Made by a program: the position numbers and the translations under genes. This document shows positions 47,225-58,390 of a stretch of 64,000 nucleotides of DNA, one piece after another. The notes below the pieces were generated by a model. The model made no database searches and was not told where the DNA came from. It saw only the letters and a program-made list of their open reading frames with translations. The stretch's first letter is position 1; every line of letters starts with the position of its first letter. This DNA comes from Eledone cirrhosa (Eukaryota): NCBI GenBank assembly GCA_964016885.1, contig OZ024741.1, forward strand, positions 386,260,001 through 386,324,000, written 5' to 3'.

Positions 47225-48030
47225 GTAGAGTATGTCAACCATGTCATAAGCAGCTATTCAAAGATGTCATCATGGTACTATCTACCTATGAAGCATGATG
47301 TAGTGGCCCAAACACTATAATATACAATCTGTAGAAAAGATAGCCCAGACAATGAAGAACACATTAAAAGTTACAGCAATGTGGAAGACATATACATAAT
47401 GTGAAAGAGTACTGGTGGAATGTTCCAGTCAAAGCCCCAATAAAATACAAGCACAACAGACCCGATATAATAATATGTGACAGGGAAAATAAGGCATGCA
47501 GAGTAGTGGATGTCACTGCCTAGCCGATGCCAATATAATATCAAAGATTAGCGAACAGGAGAATATTTATGCAGAAATGATGAGAAATCTGCAAATACTC
47601 CACCCTGATTACACCTTCAGATTTATGCCTGTGATTATTGGGGCACTGGAGTATGTTAGTAACTGCCTCAATACAAATCTTGAGAAGCTAGGCCTCACAG
47701 GAACAGAAAGAACACAACTAGTTAGGAAATTACAAGTACAATCCATTAATGGAACAGTAAAAATATGTAAAACATTCCAAAAAGTCTGTGTAATAACTAC
47801 ATATACATATATATAGACACAAAACATATGCAGGTGTACACATATAACTCAAAGCATACAGATCTACACATACAATGACATCCATAACTGCACACACACA
47901 CACATGCATGCAGACATGCACACATATTTACCTAGTTGACATTGTGTGAATTCCAATGAAAGAGTCTTTTGTCTATGTTAGAAACCGGCTCTCTCTATTG
48001 GTAAAATTTATAAACTAATGAATCTATATA
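47225..48030 (+). mobile_element. 5'-truncated R4/Dong-like LINE, family X copy 1
   Basis: Homologous to 48905-49710: HNRPDI...ADANIISKISEQENIY...PVIIGA (PD-(D/E)xK endonuclease) plus 3' UTR. Confidence 0.88.
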
Positions 48031-48069
48031 TATGTACCTACCTACATACATACCTACCTACCTACATAC

Positions 48070-49712
48070 ATACATACATTTCACCGATATCTGCCTAACC
48101 ATTTCACTGATATCTGATGAGGACTGCAACAGATACTTGGGGATAGATGAGAACATATCCTATAATGGTATCTGTAATAAGGAACGCGTAACCAGGGAAT
48201 ACTACACCCGATTAAGAAAGATATGGTCATCGGAACTCTCTGCGTAAAACAAAACAGTGGCGCACAATGTGTTTGCTGTGCCTGTCCTAACACCAACATT
48301 TGGAATACTCAATTGGGCAACAGACGAAATCTGAGCAGTTGATGTTAAAAATACTAACCAACACCAGAAACTTCCACATCAACAGTGACATAGACCACCT
48401 TTACTCAAAACGTAAGCAGGGAGACAGAGGGCTAACATCAGTCCAGACAGCATTTGAATGTCGCATCATATCCCTCCGACAACATCTACGAACCTCGAAG
48501 CGTAGGAGCCCATCTCTCGAGCAAGTCTATCTGCATGAAACAGATAAGACCATGAGAGTTGAGAAGGAACTCCTCGAGAGATATTCCCTGTGTGATAATC
48601 AAAAACTCACACCCAGGGAAGTCGCTCAGCAGTATCGCAGTGAATCCATGGATGAAAAACTGCATGTTTATCAGCAAAAAAATCATGCATGGATATGTTG
48701 CCAGGAAGCTCCAAAGTGAGAGTAATATAGATAAGGAAAGTAGTCTATCTTGGACCAACAACTGCTATATTTGCTCCCACTTTGAAGGATATGCTTTTGC
48801 AATCCAAGAACAGGAAATTAACACAAAATACCTGATTCACAAAAGAGATAGGGATGCAGGCAAAACACCTAGATATGATAACAAGTGCAGACTCTGCAGA
48901 ATTAACATCGAAGATGTAACCCATGTCATCAGCAGCTGTCCAAAGATGTCATCACGGTACTATCTACCTATGAGGCATGATGTAGTGGCCAAAACACTGT
49001 ACAATGCAATCCGTAGAAAAGATAGCCCCGATAATAAACACATTAAAAGCTACAGCAATGTGGAAGACATCCATATACATAATATGAAAGAGTACTGGTG
49101 GAATGTTCCAGTAAAAACCCCAATAAAATGCAGGCATAACAGACCAGATATTATGATATGTGACAGGGAAAAGAAAGCATGCACAGTAGTGGAAATTAGC
49201 TGCCCAGCAGATGCCAATATAATATCAAAGATTAGCGAACAGGAGAATATTTATGCAGAACTGATGAGAAATCTGCAGATACTCCACCCTGATTACACCT
49301 TCAGATTTATGCCTGTGATTATTGGGACACTGGGGTATGTTAGTAACTGCCTCAATACAAATCTTGAGAAGCTAGGCCTCACAGGAACAGAAAGAACATG
49401 ACTAGTTAGGAAATTACAAGTACAATCCATTAATGGAACAGTAAAAATATGTAAAACATTCCAAAAATTTTGCATCGAATAACTGCATATACACTTGTAC
49501 AGATACAAAGCATATACACATGCACACATACAACTCAAAACATCCATATCCACACATACAATAACATCCATATCTACACATGCATGCATGCAGACATACA
49601 TACATATCTACCTAGTTGATGTGTAAATTCCAATGAGAGAGTCTTGTGTCTATGTTAGAAACCGACTCTCTCTATTGGTAACAATTTGTGAAATTATAAA
49701 ACCAGAAGAATA
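48070..49712 (+). mobile_element. 5'-truncated R4/Dong-like LINE, family X copy 2
   Basis: RYLG, RKQGDRGL, EGYAFAIQEQE, CRLC...HVISSC (CCHC), RHD, HNRPDI...VEISCP; contains stops and frameshifts. Confidence 0.92.
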
Positions 49713-49746
49713 TACATACATACCTACATACATACATTCATACATA

Positions 49747-50275
49747 CTTAGGAAAACAAAATTAAAAACAAATGAGGAGGAATATGTTGAGATAGATGGC
49801 ACTAAAGCATACTGGTGGAACCTGAAAATAAAACTGCCACTAAATTAAAGCACAACCGGCATGATATTGTTGTTTTGACCACACATTGAAAAGGTGCTCT
49901 GTTGTAGAGATCAGCTATCCACTTGATGTCAACATTGTAAGAAAAACACAAGAAAAGGAGGACATCTATGGACCATTAATGAGGAGTTTGCAGATCCAGT
50001 ATCTAAGATACACCTTCAGCTTCTTACCCATCATTATTGGTGCTACAGGTTATATACCAACCTGCTTGGACCAAAGTATGACTGAACTTGGATTTGTGGA
50101 CAAAGCGCAGCTCCCTAATTCATAGACTACAAATGGCTGCGATATCTGGCACCTTCAAAATTTGCAAAACATTCTTGTGATTCAAGGAATGACAATTCAT
50201 TTTCTTTTTACAACCTTGCCACCAGGAAGGTGGCCGGTCAAAAATGTACTTGGAATTACGAGAAAGAGAAACATT
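49747..50275 (+). mobile_element. 5'-truncated R4/Dong-like LINE, family Y copy 1
   Basis: Close homologue of 52587-53117; VVEISYPLDVNIVRK...PIIIGATG. Confidence 0.9.
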
Positions 50276-50321
50276 CATAAATACATACAAATATACATAC
50301 ATATATACATACATACAAACA

Positions 50322-50975
50322 TGAGGATTGCATCGTCTTCACAGACGATTGCCGTCTCTCATTGATTCTTCATTGTCATCCCATGACTTTGTAGATGACT
50401 TTGTAGGCCAGCTGTAGATCTGCATGGTTTACAACACAGGCAACAGAAGTGAGTTATGCTTTCCACAGGACCGGTGGTGTCACCCTGTGGGGGACAATCT
50501 ATATATATCACCATGTGTCTTTTTAGTCCGGAACTAGTTCTACACACTTTGTTGCATATTGCACAAGTTGTTTTGCCAGGTCTTTGTTGAGTGGTGTTGC
50601 AGGTGGTTATCCTTTCATGTAACTTTAGGTGATTAACATAACCATCTTTTGAGAGGAGTACACGCTGACAGGACTTGCATGTCCAACTACTGATGACTTT
50701 ATCAAGACTGTAAGCACAGCACTTCCGGAGCTGATGCTTCAGTTGTTTATGTTCTAGACGACATTCCTCAAAAGTTTTGCAACTGCCCTTTATGTACTTT
50801 CTCCAATGAGCCCTATTTAGAGCTATCTCCTCCCAGTTGTCTATATCAAATGCCAGCTCTTTGAGGTTGTTCTTGATGCTGTTCTTGTACCTCTTTTTTG
50901 GTTTGTATGAAGCCTTTTTCCAAGATGGAGCTCACTGTAAAACAGTTGCTTCGGGATCCTGCTTTCTTTCATGCA
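50322..50975 (-). mobile_element. RTE/BovB-like LINE 3' end with C2H2-like fingers
   Basis: KKRYKNSIKNNLK...NWEEIALNRAHWR, CRTSSGLKRH, CKPCRSTAGLQSH; terminal hairpin ATCGTC-TTCACA-GACGAT; the tail reads (ATGT)n on its own strand. Confidence 0.8.
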
Positions 50976-50994
50976 GACAATACACACAATACAC

Positions 50995-51159
50995 ACATAC
51001 ATACATTTATTCATTCATACATACATACATACATTCATACATACATACATACATTCATTCATACATACATACATTCATTCATTCATACATACATACATTC
51101 ATTCATACATACATACATACATTCATACATACATACATACATTCATTCATACATACATG
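50995..51159. repeat. (CATA/CATT)n tetranucleotide tract
   Basis: Read directly from the sequence. Confidence 0.95.
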
Positions 51160-51591
51160 ATGGCTACAACTCGATTTTGAGTAATACGATCGCTTGATGC
51201 ATAAGCATGAGCAGCACTGAATCAGGACCAAAAAGCCATGTCTGTATCACCCAGAATATGGCCCCTTAGACCTGCTAGGGACTTGCATACTCTTGCTCAG
51301 AATGTCACATAACAAGCGATACCTGTTCTTGAAGCTTTTTTAATTGAAGAAAGGCTTTGCACAGGGTTAATCCCACTCTCTGAACATCGAATGCATTTGC
51401 TTAAAAAGAAGAACTGGTCTACATCATTGGATGTAAATGAAGTCGCAGGTTTTATATCAGAGTGACCTTCTAGAGAGATGTCTTAATGAAGATTAGGAGT
51501 CTCTTGCTCCACACAAAAAAGTACATACATACATGTATACATGCATACCTAGATACATACATACCTAGATACATACATACATACCTGCATA

Positions 51592-53117
51592 CAAATAAAA
51601 TTTGGTGAGTCCAAGTGTGCATATTTGGCAGTCAAACGTGGAAGAGCTGTGCCCTCCTCTAGAAATCTAGAGATGAACGGCCTGACAATACAACCTCTAC
51701 AGTCAGGTGACAACTACAGATATCTTGGACAGGATGAGAATGTCAGATATGATGGACCCATAAATAAGGAGATAACCAGAACTGAATACCTCAGAAGAGT
51801 AAAGAAAATATGGTCATCAGAACTGTCAGCATACAACAAATACATTGCCCACAATACTTATGCTGTGCCAATTCTAACGCCAACATTTGGCCTGCTGAAC
51901 TGGTCACTGCAAGAACTAAGTGAGATGGATGTTAGAACTCGCAAACTTCTCAGTGTTACTGGGAACTTTAACATCAATGGTGATGTGGATAGGCTATACT
52001 TCTCACGCAAGGAAGGTGGCCGGGGTCTAAAATCAATATTAACAACATATGAGACCCGGATAGTAACATGGAAGCAACACCTTCAACAGAGGAAAAAGGT
52101 TGGCGACCATCTTGCCCAGGTTTATGAGCATGAAAAAAAAATATCATTAGAATAGTGACTGATCTGGAGGAGAGATATGGAATAAAGCCTGATATAAATC
52201 TCTCACCCAGAGAAATCGGAAGACCCTATTCAATGTTCAAACAAGATGAAAAAATTGACCAATTTACAGAAAAAGTTGTGCATGGATACTTGAGACATAA
52301 AACACAGACCATAGAGGTGATAAACCACTCAAAAAGCCTGGCATGGAGTTCCGACAAGTTTATGACATGACACCTTGAGGGATATCTCTATGCAATACAG
52401 GAACAAGAACTCCCTACCAAATATCTGTTGCACAAAAGGGGAGGGCCATCAGCTGACAATAAATGTAGGCTATGTAAAACAAAGATCGAGGATGTAAGCC
52501 ACATTGTTGCCAGCTGCGAAAGAATGTCATCTCGCTACTACCTCCCCATGAGACATGATGGGATAGCTAGAACCATCTGGAACGCACTTCGGAAAACAAA
52601 ATTAACAACAAACGAGGAAGAATATATTGAGACAGATGGCACTAAAGAATACTGGTGGAACCTGAAAATAAAAACTGCCACCAAATTAAAGCACAACCGG
52701 CCTGATATTGTTGTTTGGGACCACACATTGAAAACGTGTTCTGTTGTGGAGATCAGCTGTCCACTTGATGTAAACGTTGTCAGAAAAATACAGGAGAAGG
52801 AGGACATCTACAGACCATTGATGAGGAGTTTGCAAATCCAGTATCCAAGATACACCTTTAGCTTCATACCCATCATTATTGGAGCTACGAGTTATATACC
52901 AACCCGTTTGGACCAAAGTATGACTGAACTTGGATTTGCGGACAAAGAGCGCAGCTCCCTAATTCATAATCTACAAATGGCTGCGATAGCTGGCACCTTC
53001 AAAATTTGCAAAACATTCTTGCGATTCAAGGGATGACAATTTCTTTTCTTTTACAACCTTGCCACCAGGAAGGTGGCTAGTCAAAAAAATATACTCGAAA
53101 TTAAGAGAAAGAGATAA
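51592..53117 (+). mobile_element. 5'-truncated R4/Dong-like LINE, family Y copy 2
   Basis: KFGESKC, YRYLG, RLYFSRKEGGRGL, CRLC...HIVASC, RHD, HNRPDIVVWD...VEISCP, stop at 53036; ends in (ACAT)n. Confidence 0.93.
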
Positions 53118-53377
53118 CATACATACATACATACATACATACAATATAAAGGATTATTTACGACCACTACTAAACACATGACCAACACACCACTAGTATG
53201 TCGATTGTTATTCTAAAGATGGAACTCTGAAGGTTTCAGATGTTAATACACACAGGTGGATTTAGGAATGCTACTGTTCCAAACTAAATATAAAGAACTA
53301 ATAGAGAAATATTAAAAAATCCTTCATAAAATCCTGATCAAACTGGAGCATAGCCATGTTTTCAATATTACATGTTT

Positions 53378-53419
53378 GATATACATACATATATATATAT
53401 ATATACATACATACATACA

Positions 53420-53509
<90 letters not shown>

Positions 53510-53539
53510 TATACACACACAAACATGCATACATGCATG

Positions 53540-53600
<61 letters not shown>

Positions 53601-53609
53601 GTATGTATG

Positions 53610-53672
<63 letters not shown>
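53378..53672. repeat. (TA)n/(TACA)n microsatellite complex
   Basis: Read directly from the sequence. Confidence 0.93.
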
Positions 53673-54131
53673 CTTTGAATAACTTTGAAATGTTTTGGCC
53701 AGTATTGGCCCAGGCCATGTCTAACTTAATAGCACCACCTGGCGAAGTCTTTCAATTCAGGATTTGGGCACCATGGCCCATTCGAGAAGAGAATTACTGT
53801 TTGTGGGTGGTTTGTCCGGGATTACTTGGAGGAATTTGTCCAAAGACTTCTTGAATTTTGTGTGGTCAGTTTCTGTTTTGACGTGTCCTGGTGTGATGTT
53901 GAAGAGAGCAGGGCCGATTGAGGTGAAATAATTGTGCCGTATTGTTGTTATGAGTTGCGATTTAGATTTTTGAATGGGACGGATAGCACGGGGCCCAAGC
54001 CTTGGGTGTATCTTGAAGGCGATGCCAACATCATTTGGGCAGTGATGATGGAACATTTTCCACATCATGCAGATAATATAACGCTCACGGCGACGTTGGA
54101 GTGAGTAAAGTTTCAGGTTTTCTAATCGACT
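53673..54131 (-). mobile_element. CR1-clade LINE 3' end within (TA)n
   Basis: [24 protein letters not shown]...GPALFNITP...[16 protein letters not shown]...NSLLEW; bounded by TA repeats on both sides. Confidence 0.88.
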
Positions 54132-54277
54132 ATATATATATAATATATATATATATATATACAGACACACACACACACACAAACATGCATATACACACAC
54201 ACATATATATATGTCATACACACACACACACATATATATATATATACATATATATATATACACATACATATATATAT

Positions 54278-54369
<92 letters not shown>

Positions 54370-54379
54370 ATATATATAT

Positions 54380-54432
<53 letters not shown>

Positions 54433-54445
54433 GGTGTGTGTGTAT
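54132..54445. repeat. (TA)n/(CA)n microsatellite complex
   Basis: Read directly from the sequence. Confidence 0.93.
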
Positions 54446-54651
54446 GACAGTATGTGTTGCGTGTGTGTCCATGAGATTATATATGTGTGTAGATATGTAG
54501 AATATTGATTGCAGTGTAATTCCTGAAAGCTGTTCCTCATCTGTTGTACAGATAAGAATTCAAATTACATCTTTACCCCCCCCCCCCCTCCCTCCTCTGT
54601 CCCATCATCAACAACAGTCTCCTCATTATCATGGAGGGGGGGGGGGAGGCT

Positions 54652-55090
54652 GGTAGTGATAACTATAATGATTATAATGATAATAGTGATGATGGTGATG
54701 GTCATGATGATGATGATAATGGTGATTGTCATGATGGTGATGGTGATGGTCATGATGGTGATGATGATAATGGTGAGGGTGATGGTGATAGTGATGGTGA
54801 TGGCGATGGTGAGGGTGATGGTGAGGGTGATGATAATGGTGAGGGTGAGGATAATGATAATGGTGATGGTGATAACAATGACGGTTATAATGATAATAGT
54901 GATGATGGTCATGATGATGATTATGATGATAACGATGATGATGATAATGATGATTGTAATAATAGTGATGATGGTAATGATAATGACGATGGTGATGATG
55001 ATAATTATAGTGAGATAATGAGGAGAATGATAGTAATGATGGTGATGATGATAATGATAATGGTTATGATGGTGATGATTGTGATGATAG

Positions 55091-55136
<46 letters not shown>

Positions 55137-55195
55137 AATGATGTTGATGATGTTGATGATGTTGATGCTGATAATAAGGATAATATTGACGATGA
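54652..55195. repeat. Degenerate (GAT)n trinucleotide tract
   Basis: Read directly from the sequence. Confidence 0.92.
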
Positions 55196-55204
55196 AAATC
55201 AGCT

Positions 55205-56425
55205 AACCATTCTGTTGGGTCTTCGGTCCAGGGTCTATGGATAACTTCTAGAAATTCCTGGCCTGGCAGTGCTACTGGGGTGCATTACTGGTCCGAGATA
55301 AACTCTACATGCATGGAAGTGCCATCAGCTGGGCACGTCGAAGATGCGCCCAGGGTGACGAAACTTATGTGCATGTACTCGTCTAGTGTCCGAACATCAC
55401 TGACTTGTGGGTTTATGTCGAACATCTGAGTCATGTGTAGGATGGACCTGGTTAATTGCTGAGTCCATCATGAAGATTGCCACACTGCCCTCCTTTAACC
55501 AGGAAGAGCAGGCAGTTTTTATCTGCCTGGTGGTAGAGGTTGTATGGTGGATATGTCTGAAAGGGTTGAAGATAAGTACTTTCCTCTTTGGTGATGCTCT
55601 GATTAACTTTTTCAGGTTTCATCTGAAAAGGAAAATTAGGGTGGAGAGGAAAGTGCTGCCTTCCGGCCAGTTTGTTGAAAGGTGGGTGAGAGAGGCAAGA
55701 AAGGCCCATGTGAATGGGCCTGCTCTAAGTGTGTGCCTGTAGTATTGTAGGAGGAAAACTGGGAGAGGGCCTGTTCGAGATGTGCGCAGGGTGACAAAAC
55801 TGTCCTGCACACAATCACCCGACTTGAGGGTTTATGTCGAACACCTGCTATCACATGTAGGATAAATTTGGTTATCAACTGAGTCCATTGTGAAGATTCT
55901 CCTGCCGCCTTCTTTTAGTCAAGAAGAGCAGGCCATTTTTATATGTCTTGTGGCCATGGTGAAAGAGGTTGTATGGTGGACACAATTAAAAGGTTTGAAG
56001 ATGAGAACTTTCCTTCTTGGCGAAGCCCTGATTAACTTATTCAGGTTTCACTTGAGGAGAAAAATCAAGGTAGAGAAAGAAGTGCGGCCTTCAAAGCAAT
56101 TTGTTGAAAGATGTGTGAAAGAAGTGAGAATGGCCTGAGTGAATGAACCTGCTCTGAGTGTGTACCTGTAGATTGGAGGAGTACAACTGGGACAAGGCAC
56201 TTACCCTAAAAATCAGGGCATTCGTGGTTTTATGGGGCTTTTTCCACGAATACCCTCGAACATGTCCTCCCTATTGTTTTAATTTTACTGTTACCTTTTT
56301 TTTAACATTGTTAAAATTTGTTTACATGCAAAACCCTTACTTGTACACACCCTCTATGTTTTCATCCTGTACTGTCATAATGTTTTTCTTGATGTAAAAC
56401 CTTTGTGGTTAACAAAGAAAGCATT
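55205..56425 (+). mobile_element. Two tandem decayed 3' ends of an L1/Tx1-like LINE (about 55205-55760 and 55765-56425)
   Basis: Each contains EEQAxFICLV...VVWW...LINxFRFHLxRKIxVE and a CCHC remnant; the second retains the 3' UTR. Confidence 0.8.
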
Positions 56426-56431
56426 GCAACT

Positions 56432-57853
56432 CAGCACCTGGAGAGGCAAGTCCATGCCATCCGACAGTGTCATGGGGCACTGGACAGAAGGACCGGTTAA
56501 ATTGCTTGGGGTCTGGTTTGGTCCAGACCTCCGGAAGGAGAAAAACTGGAGCGAAGTGACGAGCAGGGTGGCTTCTCTCACCCAGAAATGGGCTGAGAGG
56601 AAGCTGTCTCTGAAAGGTCGGGCAGAGGTGGTGAATGCGTACATCGCGTCCGTCATCTGCTACTGCCTGACCATCGTACCTTGCCCCCGTCCAACTCTGA
56701 CCAAAATGGAGCGCCTTCTCTTCTGCTTTTTGTGGAAGAGACGTGCTCCCATGGTCAGACGATGGCTGATGATGCGCAAACATGTGCTAAGGCTGCGACA
56801 TCTCTGGTGCTTCCTTGACGGTGAACAGGTGTGGTCGCCGTTTGCCAGACACTCTTTTCCCCGCTCATCTCCTTGATGTAGCTGCAGTCCTGTATAAGAA
56901 AAAGACTGAGGGATAGCGCTTGGAAGCTGGAATGTCTCCAAGCGCTCACCACCCTCTACCAGCTGGGTACTGATATTGGTGGAACATCCACCTTGGCGTT
57001 CTATAGAGGGCTAGTGGAGGGGAAGAGTGATGACGTTCTCGGGGAGATTTTGGGCATCGAAGACAATCAGCTGTTCGCTCTCTTCAAGAGAACTTTCAGC
57101 CCGGAGCCTATGAACAATTTCCAAAAATCCCTGGCCTGGAAGTTGCCGGTTTGGGATAAGCTCTACAGCAGTGCCAGCAGCTGAGCCTGTCCGAGATGCG
57201 TGCAGGACGACGAAACCGTCCTGCATGCACTTGTTCAGTGCTCGAGGATTGCTGACTTGTGGAGCTATGTTGAACAGTTGCTGTCGCATATAGGATGGAT
57301 CCGGTTATTGACTGAGTCCATTGTGTAAAGAGGAGGAAGGGCAAGCAGTCTTCATCTGCCTGGTGGCCATGACGAAAGAGATTGTGTGGTGGACAAGGTT
57401 GAAAGAGTTGAAGACGGACACTTTCCTCTCCGGCCAATCTCTGATTAACTTTTTTAAGTTTCACTTGAAGAGGAAAATCAGGGTGGGGAGGCAAGTAAGT
57501 CTAGTAAGTTTGTTGAAAGGTGGGGGAAAGTGGCGAATCTGGTCCAAGTGAACGGGCCCACTCTGAGTATGCGCCTGTAGACTGAGGAGTGGGAAAACTG
57601 AGAGAGGGCGCTTGCCCTGGTGGTCAGGGTGGCCATGGTCTTATGTGTGGTTTTCACCACGAGTGACCCTCGGAGGCTTCCCCCTTATTGGAGAATTTTT
57701 TGTTGTTTGAATTTTAATTTATTTTACACTTTCCTGTCTTTTATAACCTTTTTACACGGCCAAAACCCACTTTGTATCGTCCTGTGCCGTCTGTAATGTT
57801 TTTCTTCATGTTAGCCCTTGTGGCCAACAAAGAAGCCATTATTATTATTATTA
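56432..57853 (+). mobile_element. 5'-truncated L1/Tx1-like LINE with an (ATT)n tail
   Basis: VKLLGVWFG, KNW, WAERKLSLKGRAEVVNAYIAS, LPVWDKL, CPRC...ETVLHALVQC (CCHC), then 3' UTR and ATT repeats. Confidence 0.88.
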
Positions 57854-57854
57854 A

Positions 57855-58390
57855 GGGCGGTGGATTGGCAGTATCGGAAGAGGGTTCGGACGCCATGTTT
57901 TTTAGCATAGTTACGTCCCTTTACGATCTGAGTTCAAATCCCGCCGAGGTTGACTTTGCCTTTCATCCTTACGGAGTCGATAAAATAAAGTACCAGTAAT
58001 GCACTGGGTAATTGCTGGCCTTGTGCCTAAAGTAGAAACAATTAATATTATTATTATTATTATTAAATCCCGCCGAGGTTAACTTTGCCTTTCATTCTTA
58101 CGGGGTCAATAAAATAAAGTACCAGTAATGCACTAGCATAATTGCTGGCCTTGTGCCAAAAGTAGAAATAATAATAATAATAATTATTATTATTTGGCAG
58201 TATCGGTAGAGGGTCGGTCACCATGCTTTGCAGCATAGAGTTACGGCCCTTGTCATTCTGAGTTCAAATCCCGCCGAGGTTAACTTTGCCTTTCATCCTT
58301 ACGGGGTCGATAAAATAAAGTACCAGTAATTCACTGGGATAATTAATTGCTGGCCTTGTGCCAAAAGTAGAAACAATTATTATTATTATT
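57855..58390 (+). mobile_element. Three family A SINEs head-to-tail (57855-58063; 58064-58192, 5'-truncated; 58194-58390)
   Basis: Repeated AAATCCCGCCGAGGTT.ACTTTGCCTTTCAT...AGTAGAAA units separated by ATT/AAT tails. Confidence 0.92.

Noticed and set aside
54565-55206. Asp/Gly-rich acidic (biomineralisation-like) ORF
   Set aside because: Degenerate (GAT)n tract open in several frames that drifts into poly-Met; no exon boundaries.
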